A stretch of DNA of 64,000 nucleotides. Source: an uncultured Gemmatimonadales bacterium (GTDB lineage Bacteria > Gemmatimonadota > Gemmatimonadetes > Longimicrobiales > Longimicrobiaceae). How positions within the stretch are numbered: position 1 is the first letter of the stretch; each line of letters opens with the position of its first letter. A model generated the notes under the pieces. It did not search any database. It was not told the origin of the DNA and worked only from the letters and a program-made list of their open reading frames with translations. Shown piece by piece: positions 1 through 10,248 of this stretch. The DNA lies in the NCBI GenBank assembly GCA_963716255.1, contig OY970303.1:4800001-4864000 (forward strand), given 5' to 3'. Position numbers and translations under genes: made by a program.

Positions 1-1
1 C

Positions 2-3000
2 GCCTTCGATGCGCCGCAGGCCGCTCAGGCGCTCCGCAAGCCACGGCGCGAGGTGTACCTGGACGTGGACCGGCGAACGGAGGGGATGGCGCGGTGCGGC
101 ATCGAGTGGATCGACGCGCTGGTGGACCGCTTTCGCCTGGAACGCCGACTTCCCCTTTCCCGCGCGCTCCTGGTGCTCGCCGTTCCCCCGGAGCGGTGGA
201 AGGCGCCGCCGGGGCAGGAGTACGTTTCCACGCTGCTGGATTTCTTCGCGCGGCGGGTGGTAACCGCCGTGCAGCGGGGGCCGCTGGCGCGGATGACCAT
301 CGGCAAGACGACGCCGCGCGTGGACCTGGCGGAGCTGGGGACGGACCGCACTCCCGCAGCGGCGATCCTGGACCGGCTCCTGGAGCGGAGCGACCGGGCC
401 GTGGAAGTGGACCCGGCCGCCTTCGAGCGCGGCGACACCCTTGAGCGCCGCAGCCGCGCCTTGGAGTCGCACGCCAACCTGTACCGCCGCGACACCGGCA
501 TCAACGGGCTGTACCTGGGGTTCCCGTTCGTGCAGGTGCGCGACGGCCGGACCAGCGCCCGCCCGCGCATCATGCCCGTGCTGCTGTGGCCCGTTACGCT
601 CCGGCACCAGGTCGGCGCCCGTGGACGGGTGGTCCTCTCCTTCGATACCGGGCGCAACGACGTCCGGCTGAATCCCGCGTTCGAGACCATCCTGGGGGCG
701 GACGCCGCCCGTAAGTGGGGCGAAGCGCGGGATCAGGTGCTGAGCGGGACGCTGACGGCGAAGAGCGTGATGGAGGGCTTCGGGATGCTTGCGCCCCCAC
801 GGGAGCGCGCGCTCGTATCCCTCCCCGGCAAGGATGCGCGGGTCAGTGGCGACTGTGAGCTGCGCTGCGCAGCCGTCCTCTTTCACCTGGCCTACACGGG
901 CCAGGCCGTGGCCGAGGACCTGCGCGCCCTCAAGGCACGCCCGCCGCGCGACACGGCACTGGAGACCGCGCTCCGCGTCACCGCGCCGGCCCTACGCGAG
1001 TCGCTCATCCAGCCGCCGGAGCGCGACCGGTACTTCACGGCGCGCAGCGACCCCTCGCAGGAGCGAGCCGTCTTCAAAGCGCGCGGAGCGCCGGGCATCG
1101 TGGTCGAGGGTCCCCCGGGGACGGGGAAGAGCCAGACCATCGTGAACATGGTAGCCGACGCCGTCGGCCGGAAAAAGACGCTGCTGGTCGTCTGCCAGAA
1201 GCAGGCGGCGCTGGAGGTGGTCCACAAGCGGCTCGTGGCCGAAGGGCTTGAGCACCGCGTGGTCCTGGTCCACGACGAGGGCCGCGACCGGCAGACGGTC
1301 ATCCGCGCCGTGCGGGAGCAGGAAGAGGCCCTCCGCGTGGCGCCGTCCGGCTTTGCCGCCTGGCGGCAGCGGCGCGAGCAGGCCGCCGCGCGCATCGAGG
1401 CGCTGGAGGGGGAGCTGGACCGCCACCACGAGCTCCTCCACCGCCCGGACGAGACCACCGGCCTCAGCTATCGCGCCCTGCTGGGCGAGCTGATCCGCCT
1501 GGAGAACGGCGATCCAGCCCCGGTGGACGCGCCCCCGCTCCGCTCCCTCCTCGGCCCCCTCTCCCCCGCGGACGTCGTAGCGATGGAGGAGGCGTGCGGG
1601 CCACTCGCCCCGTACTGGCTCCCGGCCCGCTACGAGGACAGTCCGTTGTCCGTGCTCCTTCCCTTCGAGGCGGACGCGGCCACGGTGGCGGAGCTCCGCG
1701 CTGCGCTGGGGGGCTTCGTCGCCTCGGAGGCGGAGCGGATCCGGGTGCTGGAGGCGACTTCCGGCGCGCTGGAGACCGACGATCCCGCCGCTGTCGACGC
1801 GTGGCTGCGCGAGCACGCCGCGGCCTTCGGCGGCCTCGCGGATGACGAGCGTGAGCGGCTGGCGCGGTGGCTGCCCCTCCTTCCCGCCGCGTCGGAGACC
1901 GCGCGGGCGGACGCGCTCCTGGCCGAACTGGCGGAGATCGAAGGCGGGCTGGCGGCCACGCGCGCGGTGGAGGCGGCCGGCAAGGTCGGTCACGTCCTGG
2001 TGGACGTGGGAGACGCGGAGCTGAAGGAATGGACGGCCCTGGCCCGGGAGCTGGCCGTGCCGGCCGGCTTCTTCGCCCGGCTGTCCCCCGGCCGGTGGGC
2101 AAAGCGGCGGCGCCTGGCTGCTATGTTCCGCGCGCGCGACCTGACGGACAACGCAGGCAACCTTTCCGCCTTCGTCTCCGCGGCGGACGGCGAGGCCCAG
2201 CGCCGGCCCTGGCGTCGGCGCCTACGCGCGGCGTGGGCGGAGCTCGCGCCGGACGCGGTGTCCGTTGACCACTGGTCGTTCAGCCGCCAGGCGGAGCTCG
2301 CGCGTACGCTCACCGCCCAGCTCACCGCCGCGCGGGAGCTGGCGCACCGCATTCGACACGCGCCCCTCCGCGAGCAGGCCAGCGCGGCACTTGCGCGGGC
2401 CGCTGCGGAGGCGTGGGCGGACCTCGTCTCCCGCGCGGAGCGGGGTCTTGCCCGCGCCGCCGTACGCGCCGCCAGCCGGCGGGCGCTCGCGGCGCTGGAG
2501 CCCTGGCTGGGCCCCGCGTGGATGGCTGAGCGGGCAAAGGCGGTTGAGACCGGCGCCTCCTCCGGCTCCACCCTCGCGCTCCTCCTGCAGGCGCTCCCCA
2601 CGCTCCCCGCGTACCAGCGCTTCCGCCTCCGCGCCCGCGCTCTGGACCCGCGCGCGCTGCAGGCCTTCCGGGTGCTCCGTGGGGTGGAGGGCGCGCTTTC
2701 CGCCTTCTCCGGCGCGGCGCTGGAGCAAGCCATACGCGGCACGCTCGCGCGCGAGGCCCGGCTGGCATGGAAAGCGCGCCTCGAGCGGGAGAACCCCGTA
2801 CTCCTGACGGAAGCAAGCGAGCTGGAGGCCCGGGTGCGCGGCCTGGACGCGGCCGACGGCGAGATGCGGCGCGCCAACCGCGACCTCTTGATCAACGACA
2901 TTGATCGCTCTCGACTGGGGACACGCGCCCAGTGGGAGGAGATCACTCGGCTGACGGGGCAGCGTTCCCGGCGCCTCCGCGAGTTCCTGGAGGTGGGCGC

Positions 3001-3478
3001 CCGCATCGGGCTAATGGAGCTCCGGCCCATCTGGCTCATGAACCCGGATGTGGCCAGCCGCGTGCTCCCCCTCGCGGCAGGCCTGTTCGACACGGTGATC
3101 TACGACGAGGCGTCGCAGATGCCCGTCGAATTCGCCCTTCCCACCCTGTACCGCGCCCGGACCATGGTGGTGAGCGGCGACGAGAAGGGATGGAGTCCAG
3201 CGACGGTGGCGGACTCAGGCGCGTTCGGGATGGACCTGGCCATCGTGGACCCACGCACAGGGCTGTACGGGATCGGGATCGAGTGCGACGCGCCGCGGCA
3301 CGCGCTCCTCGCCCACGCCCGCGCGCGGGAGATCTGGCGTCCAGACGTGCTCCGCCGCTCCCTCCGCCGGGTTCACCGGGTGTCGTCGCGCGGCTGGTAC
3401 CACGAGCCGGCCCGCGAGCGGGAACGGCTGCGCGCTGCCGTGCGCGCGGCATTGAGCGAAAGGATCAGAGCAGAATGA
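2..3478 (+). CDS. DUF4011-type SF1 (DNA2/NAM7-like) helicase with C-terminal Vsr/MTES_1575-like nuclease domain; 5' partial, apparently lacks the AAA_12 (RecA2) domain
   Basis: Frame is open from the window edge. DUF4011-like segment (YRRDTGINGLYLGFPF..PVLLWPV..VRLNPAF), Walker A GPPGTGKS, DEASQ, and VVSGDEK followed directly by FGMDLAIVDP..GIECD..RVHRVSSRGWY. Confidence 0.75.
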   Translation, partial: AFDAPQAAQALRKPRREVYLDVDRRTEGMARCGIEWIDALVDRFRLERRLPLSRALLVLAVPPERWKAPPGQEYVSTLLDFFARRVVTAVQRGPLARMTIGKTTPRVDLAELGTDRTPAAAILDRLLERSDRAVEVDPAAFERGDTLERRSRALESHANLYRRDTGINGLYLGFPFVQVRDGRTSARPRIMPVLLWPVTLRHQVGARGRVVLSFDTGRNDVRLNPAFETILGADAARKWGEARDQVLSGTLTAKSVMEGFGMLAPPRERALVSLPGKDARVSGDCELRCAAVLFHLAYTGQAVAEDLRALKARPPRDTALETALRVTAPALRESLIQPPERDRYFTARSDPSQERAVFKARGAPGIVVEGPPGTGKSQTIVNMVADAVGRKKTLLVVCQKQAALEVVHKRLVAEGLEHRVVLVHDEGRDRQTVIRAVREQEEALRVAPSGFAAWRQRREQAAARIEALEGELDRHHELLHRPDETTGLSYRALLGELIRLENGDPAPVDAPPLRSLLGPLSPADVVAMEEACGPLAPYWLPARYEDSPLSVLLPFEADAATVAELRAALGGFVASEAERIRVLEATSGALETDDPAAVDAWLREHAAAFGGLADDERERLARWLPLLPAASETARADALLAELAEIEGGLAATRAVEAAGKVGHVLVDVGDAELKEWTALARELAVPAGFFARLSPGRWAKRRRLAAMFRARDLTDNAGNLSAFVSAADGEAQRRPWRRRLRAAWAELAPDAVSVDHWSFSRQAELARTLTAQLTAARELAHRIRHAPLREQASAALARAAAEAWADLVSRAERGLARAAVRAASRRALAALEPWLGPAWMAERAKAVETGASSGSTLALLLQALPTLPAYQRFRLRARALDPRALQAFRVLRGVEGALSAFSGAALEQAIRGTLAREARLAWKARLERENPVLLTEASELEARVRGLDAADGEMRRANRDLLINDIDRSRLGTRAQWEEITRLTGQRSRRLREFLEVGARIGLMELRPIWLMNPDVASRVLPLAAGLFDTVIYDEASQMPVEFALPTLYRARTMVVSGDEKGWSPATVADSGAFGMDLAIVDPRTGLYGIGIECDAPRHALLAHARAREIWRPDVLRRSLRRVHRVSSRGWYHEPARERERLRAAVRAALSERIRAE

Positions 3479-4827
3479 GCGGTCCAAAGGTGGTGCGGAT
3501 CGTCACGCGCGAGGAGGTGGTAGCCCTCTGCCGAGGTCTCCTGGCGCAGCTGGACGATGCAGTCGACGCGTGGGAGACGGTGGGGCGCCGCAACGGCACG
3601 GTGACCGACGAGGAGGTGCGCGCGGTACACCGGCGCCGCGACGAGATCCGGCGCATGCTCGCGGCGGACCGGCTCGTGGACCTGCAGAAGGCGGCGGCCA
3701 CGGAGGTCGACTTTCTCTGGGCGGACCAGCAGGAGAGGCTCGCCGCGGCCGCCGCCCGCGCCGCCGAAGCGGCGTCGGCATCGCGCCGGAGTGCCGCCGT
3801 CGCCCGGGAAGTGCTGGAGCGGCTGGCGGGCACAGCGGTCCCGGCCGAGCTGCACGCACGGCTGGAGGAAGTCGCAGCCGGGCGCGCGGAAGACGGCGCG
3901 GTCGTCGCCCGGGCTCTCTCGTTGCTCGCTACGAACACGGAGCAAGGCGGCGTCACAGACCGGCAACGCGAACTGGCTACCCGCCTGCGGGAGCCGGGCG
4001 GGCGGGAGTCGCTGGCGGAGTGGATGGCGGCCCAGGCGTCGCAGCCGACCGCGGCCACGGAGCGGCTCGCCGCGCGCATCGCCGGTCTCGGCGCGCTGGT
4101 TGGCGACGTGGAGGCCGAGCCGCTCCACGAGAGGCTTCGAGCTGCCGAAGCCGTGGCGGATCCCCGACGCGCGCTGCTGATGGACAGCCTGGAAGCGGAC
4201 GTCCGCGCGGCGTACGAGGCGGCGCGCCGCCGGCACGAGCTACGCACGCGCCTGCGCCGGCTGGCGGCGGAGCTCGCCGCTACTGAGGTGCTGGATTTGG
4301 CGAGGCTTGCGGATTCCCTGCGCGACCGTATGGAGGAGGATGAGGATGCGCTGCGGGCACTGGAGGCTGGGGCACGGCGCGCGCTGGACCGGCACCGGGC
4401 CGAAGCCGCGGCGCGCGCGCGGCGGGAGGCGGTGCTTACAGGATTGGCCGCGCTTGGATATCAGGTGAGCGAGGGGATGGAAACTGCCTGGGTGCAGGGC
4501 GGGCGTGTGGTTCTCCGCCATGGCACGCGCCCCGATTACGGCGTCGAGCTCGCCTCCCCAACGGATACGGAGCGGCTGCAGGTGCGGGCCGTAGCATTCC
4601 GGAGCGCCGAGGCTCCGGCGGATCTTGTGCGCGACTCCGACGCCGAAACCCTCTGGTGCGGCGACCTGCACGCCTTGGAAGCGCGGCTGGCGGCCTCAGG
4701 GGGAGGGATTCAGATTGAGCGCGCTCTCCCGGTTGGCGCAGTCCCGCTTCGCGTCGTCTCGGAGTCCACTGCCCATGCCGCAGCCGATATCATTAGGGCA
4801 CCTCTACGAGAGCGGCACCTCAAGTAG
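3475..4827 (+). CDS. Hypothetical coiled-coil-rich protein (MSGPKVVRIVTREE...), translationally coupled to the helicase
   Basis: ATGA overlap at 3475-3478; 450-aa frame with host-like codon usage. The longer track ORF starting at 2932 overlaps the helicase and is not used. Confidence 0.75.
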   Translation: MSGPKVVRIVTREEVVALCRGLLAQLDDAVDAWETVGRRNGTVTDEEVRAVHRRRDEIRRMLAADRLVDLQKAAATEVDFLWADQQERLAAAAARAAEAASASRRSAAVAREVLERLAGTAVPAELHARLEEVAAGRAEDGAVVARALSLLATNTEQGGVTDRQRELATRLREPGGRESLAEWMAAQASQPTAATERLAARIAGLGALVGDVEAEPLHERLRAAEAVADPRRALLMDSLEADVRAAYEAARRRHELRTRLRRLAAELAATEVLDLARLADSLRDRMEEDEDALRALEAGARRALDRHRAEAAARARREAVLTGLAALGYQVSEGMETAWVQGGRVVLRHGTRPDYGVELASPTDTERLQVRAVAFRSAEAPADLVRDSDAETLWCGDLHALEARLAASGGGIQIERALPVGAVPLRVVSESTAHAAADIIRAPLRERHLK

Positions 4828-4976
4828 GATATGGTTGTGAACCGCGCCGGGTTTCCGGAGAGTTCGTTACTTGAGCCTGGCATTCCTATTCCGCAGCACA
4901 CCTCAACGATCTGGTGGTGTCAACGAGCGCCGAGCTCTCCGGTTGGATTCCGCTCCTCACCCCCAAGCTCCCCACT

Positions 4977-6037
4977 TAGAGCGGTTCCCAGGTGGACCAA
5001 TAGGACGCCGCAAGGGTAACGGGTGCAGTTTTAAGTCTCAGGACTGCACAGGAGTACGATGGCAGCACCTTACTCAGCAGATTTGCGTCAACGTGCTGTT
5101 TCCGCGGCACTGAAGGGAGAGATGACGCGCGCCGAGGTGGCCCGGCAATTCGAGATCGGAGAGGCCACGCTCTACATTTGGCTTCGGCGCTGGAAGGAGG
5201 ACGCCACCTTGGCGCCTCTCCCGCACGCAGGCGGACCGCAGCCGAGGCTGGATGAAGAGCGGATGAAGCAATTGGCGGACATGGTCGAGCAAGCGAATGA
5301 CCGCACCATCAAGGAGTATCGCGCCTTGGTGGAAGAACGCATGGGGGTGAGTGTGAGCCGTTCGGCACTCCACCGTGCGCTACAGAAGCTGAAGCTACCG
5401 CGGAAAAAAAACGCTGCGAGCCGCTGAACAGGACCGATCCGACGTTCAGCAGAAGCGGGCCGAGTTCCGCGAAACGATTGCCGGAGTCGACGTGCGGGCT
5501 CTGGTCTTCGTGGACGAGAGCGGCATCGACACCCACATGGTGCGCCGCTACGCCCGTGCCGCTCCCGGAGCGCGGGCGCGAGGCAGCGTGCCGTTCGGCA
5601 ACTACAAGCGGCTGACGATCCTGGGCGGGCTCGCCCTGGAGGGGCTGCTCGGCGTCATGAGCATTCCAGCGGCCACCGATACGCCGGTCTTCCTCGCTTA
5701 CCTCGATCAGGTTCTGATCCCCGACCTGGTGGAGAAGAAGCCCGGTGCGATCGTGGTCCTGGACAACCTGAAGCCGCATCTGGTGCCGAAGGTGCGCGAG
5801 AAGCTCCACGCGGCAGGCTTGCGTCTGCTCTACCTGCCGCCCTACTCGCCCGATTTCGCGCCGATCGAGCAGGCCTGGAGCAAGCTCAAGACCCTCCTGC
5901 GTACGGCGGCAGCCCGCTCGATGGAGGCGCTGGAGAGCGCACTGGCCGAACTCCTCGACCGCATCACGGCTGAGGATGCCCACGGCTGGTTCCAGCACTG
6001 CGGCTACTTGCTCTAATCTCTTTCGGGAACGGCTCTA
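4977..6037 (+). mobile_element. IS630-family insertion sequence
   Basis: Terminal inverted repeats tagagcggttccc (4977-4989) and gggaacggctcta (6025-6037), 1 mismatch, TA at both ends; encloses a split transposase. Confidence 0.9.
5059..6016 (+). CDS. IS630 transposase in two frames (HTH ORF 5059-5427; DDE ORF in the +1 frame) joined at an A8 run 5404-5411
   Basis: YSADLRQR HTH start; FVDESG, VLDNL..H and YLPPYSPDFAPIEQAWSKLK motifs; RKK|TLRAAEQDR junction typical of IS630. Confidence 0.9.
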
Positions 6038-6537
6038 GCTCAGCCAGCCAGGTGGGCGTGGGCGTTCCATGTCGCGCATACAGGTGCCGAAAGTAGCGGA
6101 CTGCATCGGGAAGAACACCGGCACGTTGGGCTGGGGAGAATCCTCCCAAGAGAATCTTGAGTGCGGCCTCGGCTTCATCCCGCTCAACGCTCGCAGGGGA
6201 ATCTGAAGCCTGCAAGACGTACCATCGCTCGAGCTTCAACCGAGTCTGGGGGCGCGGCATGGATCCGTTCAGGAGCTTGGTGACCGCCTTCGGGTCGATT
6301 CCAATCTCCCTCGCCACTGGCCGCAGTCCTGTGCTCTCCACGCGTGCAGCCACGGCCTGGCGCAGGCGTTCCAGGCGCGGCCGCTCCTCAGGCGGGAGCA
6401 TTGCCTCCCACCTGAGTAGACGCTAGGATTTCCCAGCGTGGACTTCGTGGACCAAAAGTGGGATTACACTGGACAGGTTAGGTGCCTACGAGCTGAACGG
6501 CAAGGCGTCCCATCGCCAACCGGTCAGTGTCGCCCTC

Positions 6538-7263
6538 TTGGCGACTCAGATCGACCAGGAATCAGCTGAGCCGCGGAATCGTACGGCCGATCCGACATCC
6601 ATCTGCCTTCTTGCCGCTCTCCCCGGCGGTAGCAAGGCGTTCTCCAGTGGTGCGATGCCGTTCTCCCCAATCATCGTTTCGACTTTCGTCGAACGCGCCA
6701 AGCGACGCGACATCTCGCGCTGGCAGAAGGCAGTCGACATGCTGGAATTGCGCAACTACCTGCGCCTCCACGGCAGATCTCACTCATACCGAGTCCTCGC
6801 CAGCCTAACGGGCATCGCGCGAGTCACCATCTCGGAGCAGATCACCATTGCCTCGGCGATCACGCCCGATGTGCTGGAGGCGGCGGGGGTCACGCCAGAG
6901 CAAATCGTACTTCTAACGCACAGCACTCTGCTCCGGATCGCCGAGATGCCTCCTCCGCAACGGCGATGGGCCCTGTGGGATGCGGTGTATGGTGACCGCA
7001 CCCTCCAGCAACGACCTGCTGGAGGGCAAGACCCGGTCGGACGTAGAGTGAGGGATGATCACCATCACGATCGCTCACGATCGGCTCTCCAGTGGCCTGA
7101 AAGAACAGATCTTTCTCCCGAAGAGGCAAGCCGCCAATTACGAACCCTCATCCCCAGAATCGCTGTACTTGCCGAATTAGTGGCTGGCGCAACTCGTTCT
7201 CACTACATCGCCCAGACTCAGCACGGAGGCTACGTGATCTACCTCGCTCCGAGTTCTGGATAA
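6538..7263 (+). CDS. Hypothetical protein with a ParB/KorB-like HTH segment (start may be ATG 6655)
   Basis: SYRVLASLTGIARVTISEQITIA HTH-like segment and LTHSTLLRIAEM; divergent from the HTH gene above. Confidence 0.45.
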   Translation: MATQIDQESAEPRNRTADPTSICLLAALPGGSKAFSSGAMPFSPIIVSTFVERAKRRDISRWQKAVDMLELRNYLRLHGRSHSYRVLASLTGIARVTISEQITIASAITPDVLEAAGVTPEQIVLLTHSTLLRIAEMPPPQRRWALWDAVYGDRTLQQRPAGGQDPVGRRVRDDHHHDRSRSALQWPERTDLSPEEASRQLRTLIPRIAVLAELVAGATRSHYIAQTQHGGYVIYLAPSSG

Positions 7264-7464
7264 CCTGGTCTCGACTCCTCCCATGCAAGCCACCGCCCTG
7301 TTTCGCGGGACCGATTCAGGGCATATGTATTCACCGGCCAAGGTCGGTTGCCGGCCGGCTGACAGTACCGCTAGCCAGGTGGCAGGCGGTGACATCCTCC
7401 ATCCAAGTTATCTCGCCGATGCAGCTGGATCGCATACACTCGGCGCTTACTACGCCTCTCCAGC

Positions 7465-10248
7465 CTACAACTGGAGCAACTGGTCCCGTGTCCAGTGCTC
7501 GTCCCACGATGCTAAGACGCGCCGCGCAGTCCAGCGGAGGTCCGCATCGGCGGGCGCATTTGCGACTTCCATAAGTACCTGTCGTTCGTGATCTCTCAAC
7601 TCGCTTGCCAGACCGGCAAATGGAAGTGGTGCCAAGCCCAGAACTGCGACCTCTACCGCAGGGAGAGAAGTGCTCCGGAATCCCCCTGGCGCCAAGAAGG
7701 TCGAAATGTAAGCTACCAATGCATCGCGCGACTCCGGATCATCCAGGATGGCCAGGGCAGCTGCCATCAGCGGGTGCACGGCAAGGTTGCCAGGCCGGAG
7801 ACCGGCAATGAGGAGCTGCCGATCACGGAGGTCACCCAATACGTAACTCGCCTGCGAACTAAGAGAGGCTAAGCGAATGCTGGCCCAACGCGACATCGCA
7901 TAGCAGACGAACCCCACGCGCTCGAGGAAGCATTCGGTCCGGCGAGCCTTGCCCGATGCTTTTCCGCCGATAACATCATTAGCATCAATCGACTCGTCCC
8001 GGATTACAGGAATCAGACAAAGGGCCACTGAGAGCATGCGGTGGGCGGCGTAGCGCGAGTGCACGAGACCATCCAAGCATCTCCGTGCGAATCTGACGTC
8101 GACCACGTCGGTTGAAGGGTTCAGCCGATGCTCGGGAAATGATGCAAGCACCACCGGAGGGCGAAGGAGAGCCGCCTGGGTGAGCATCTCGTCAAGCTCC
8201 CGCTGAATCTTGCCGATGTGTACACGCTCCTCAACGAGCAGTGTTACACTGCCGCTCGTTCGTTCCAGGGCTTCCTTGCTGGATCGGATGTCTGCCATCA
8301 ATAGATCGGCACGGGCGGCAACAAGGTCTTCGGGCAGCGGGATAACGCCGGTCGCAGACGCTTGTGCGGCGGACCGCAGGTTCCGCAGAGAGCGGCGAAT
8401 TTCGGGGCGAAGTGCTTCCCTAAGAGCAGCATTATAAGCAACATATGCCCGACCCTCCGGAGTATCCTCGAGATCGTAGTACACGGAATTGAGGACTCGG
8501 CCTATCGCCGCTACCTCTCGCGTTTTCCCTTGGGACCGTAATCGTGCGGCGTGGTTTAAGGCATATCGTAGTGCCCAGGTAAGCGGTGGCACTAGCTCGG
8601 GCCTCCTTTTCGCAGTCTTGGTGATCTCCCGGGTGGTAACCGGGCGCCTTCGTACTAAGCTGGCCCGCTCCTCATTCGACTGCTTGCGCGCAAAATCATC
8701 TTTTGTAGCTGCGACTAGACGGCGCAAGACCAAGCCCAAAGGTGGTGCTCCAAGATGGTAGCCGTTGACCTTCAGCCCTGATTCCTTTTGCTCACATCTC
8801 TTCGCAGATGCGTGCATGTCGGCTGATTCGGGTGGGGATGCCGTCGCTTGGAACTCAGGTGGCCCCAGCCACTGAAGGCGCTGCTCCTGATCTGCCTTGC
8901 CAAGCTTGTTCCATTCTTCCGTAGGTGCCCAACGAGTTATTAAGCCATCGCTCATTTCGATCCGTGTCACGGCGCCACCCTTTTCCAACTGCGAAACACC
9001 GTGTGCCCAGCTACTACGACTATAAGTTGGGATAATGAAGCCTGGATGAGCCTCGGCATGGAGTCGGAGCGCAGCGCCGGTGAAAGGACGCCCTCCCGTA
9101 TGGTTCCAGAGAGAGAGTACAGCACGATACAACCTGTCGAGTGGGTACTCAGCGCCAACCCTCACGTCTCGGGGGCCATCAGGGGTCGAGTAGTACTGGT
9201 TATGGGCACTGGGCCGCAAGGCCGGAACAGAGACGATCCGGCCGCACCGGATGAGTTTAGTCAAGCATTGGGTAACGTCGGAGCCGTCGTCGAGTGCTAG
9301 TCCAGGTGCTCGCTTGGTTTCTGCTCGAATCTCGGTACAAGGTACCGCGCTATGGAGTCTCTCCACTGCCCGGTAGATCGCCTCCTCGACTTTGCCAAGG
9401 CGAGAACTTGGGAGAGGCGGAATCAGATCGGGGCGATCAGCAGGCGAGTAGTAGTTCTTCCGTCTCCACATGAGACGCAGCACCTTGCCAGCACGAATCA
9501 GCGAATCGATTGCGTAGGTAAGATTCTTCCGGATCGGCAACTCGTCAGCATGCCTCAGCTCATTCCAGCTTGCGAAGATTTGCTCTCGTGTGACCATAGC
9601 GCCGGATCGGGAGCTTTCATGGCAGATCGCCTCTGCGACCTCATCACACCTCTGCTCCCAACAGGCGGAATGTTCGCGACCGATCCGTAGTGGAGGTCGC
9701 TGAGTTTCATCCGCGAGGCCATATAGGAACTCCCGGCCATGCGCGAGGGTCGTGACCCGACCATCTGCTAGTCCAGGGGCGAAGATCAGTTGCCACGACG
9801 TAGAAGGCGCGTGGTGCCGTATCGATGGTGGCGGACTACTGTGGATTTCAGGCCATGCCTCTAGGATCTGGCGAGAACTCACCAGCGCGCCATGCTTTTG
9901 GAGAGCGTATCGAAGGATCGCTTCGGCAATCGCGTATCTCTCCAGCACCGCGCGTGTGATGTTGCGTCCGGGAAGAACTAAGGATTGCGGATCATTTGCA
10001 AGGCTGAAGAGGAAGGCGGGGCCGACCCGCCTCTGTAGCACGCGACCGTCAGCAACAGCTGGCTCGAAAATAAGCCTCCACTGCCCAAACGACTGTGCCG
10101 GAGGCAACTCCCCAGCATTAGCCTCGGCCCACGTCTGCCTGATGTTCGCCCCTCGTGCAGCGTGTCCAAGTGCTTTTACCGCGAGACGGAGGGCTCGCTC
10201 GCCCGCTGCGCAGAGCTTCTCTCTCCGCGCCGTGAATGGAGGTTTCAT
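7465..10248 (-). CDS. 927-aa protein with tandem winged-helix-like repeats and a HEAT-like C-terminus; third gene of the transposition operon
   Basis: Long ORF in a lower-GC region; TGATG overlap with the TnsC-like gene; internal repeats WRLIFEPAVADGRV..FLFSLA and WQLIFAPGLADGRV..FLYGLA. Confidence 0.75.
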   Translation of the reverse strand: MKPPFTARREKLCAAGERALRLAVKALGHAARGANIRQTWAEANAGELPPAQSFGQWRLIFEPAVADGRVLQRRVGPAFLFSLANDPQSLVLPGRNITRAVLERYAIAEAILRYALQKHGALVSSRQILEAWPEIHSSPPPSIRHHAPSTSWQLIFAPGLADGRVTTLAHGREFLYGLADETQRPPLRIGREHSACWEQRCDEVAEAICHESSRSGAMVTREQIFASWNELRHADELPIRKNLTYAIDSLIRAGKVLRLMWRRKNYYSPADRPDLIPPLPSSRLGKVEEAIYRAVERLHSAVPCTEIRAETKRAPGLALDDGSDVTQCLTKLIRCGRIVSVPALRPSAHNQYYSTPDGPRDVRVGAEYPLDRLYRAVLSLWNHTGGRPFTGAALRLHAEAHPGFIIPTYSRSSWAHGVSQLEKGGAVTRIEMSDGLITRWAPTEEWNKLGKADQEQRLQWLGPPEFQATASPPESADMHASAKRCEQKESGLKVNGYHLGAPPLGLVLRRLVAATKDDFARKQSNEERASLVRRRPVTTREITKTAKRRPELVPPLTWALRYALNHAARLRSQGKTREVAAIGRVLNSVYYDLEDTPEGRAYVAYNAALREALRPEIRRSLRNLRSAAQASATGVIPLPEDLVAARADLLMADIRSSKEALERTSGSVTLLVEERVHIGKIQRELDEMLTQAALLRPPVVLASFPEHRLNPSTDVVDVRFARRCLDGLVHSRYAAHRMLSVALCLIPVIRDESIDANDVIGGKASGKARRTECFLERVGFVCYAMSRWASIRLASLSSQASYVLGDLRDRQLLIAGLRPGNLAVHPLMAAALAILDDPESRDALVAYISTFLAPGGFRSTSLPAVEVAVLGLAPLPFAGLASELRDHERQVLMEVANAPADADLRWTARRVLASWDEHWTRDQLLQL

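Larger units (their letters stand above)
4920..6401 (-). pseudogene. Small HTH DNA-binding protein whose 3' end is interrupted by IS630
   Basis: ATG 6401 with GGAGG RBS; LRPVAREIGIDPKAVTKLLNG HTH. Removing the IS restores ...WLAEL-SGELGGEERNPTGELGAR-stop(4920). Confidence 0.65.
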
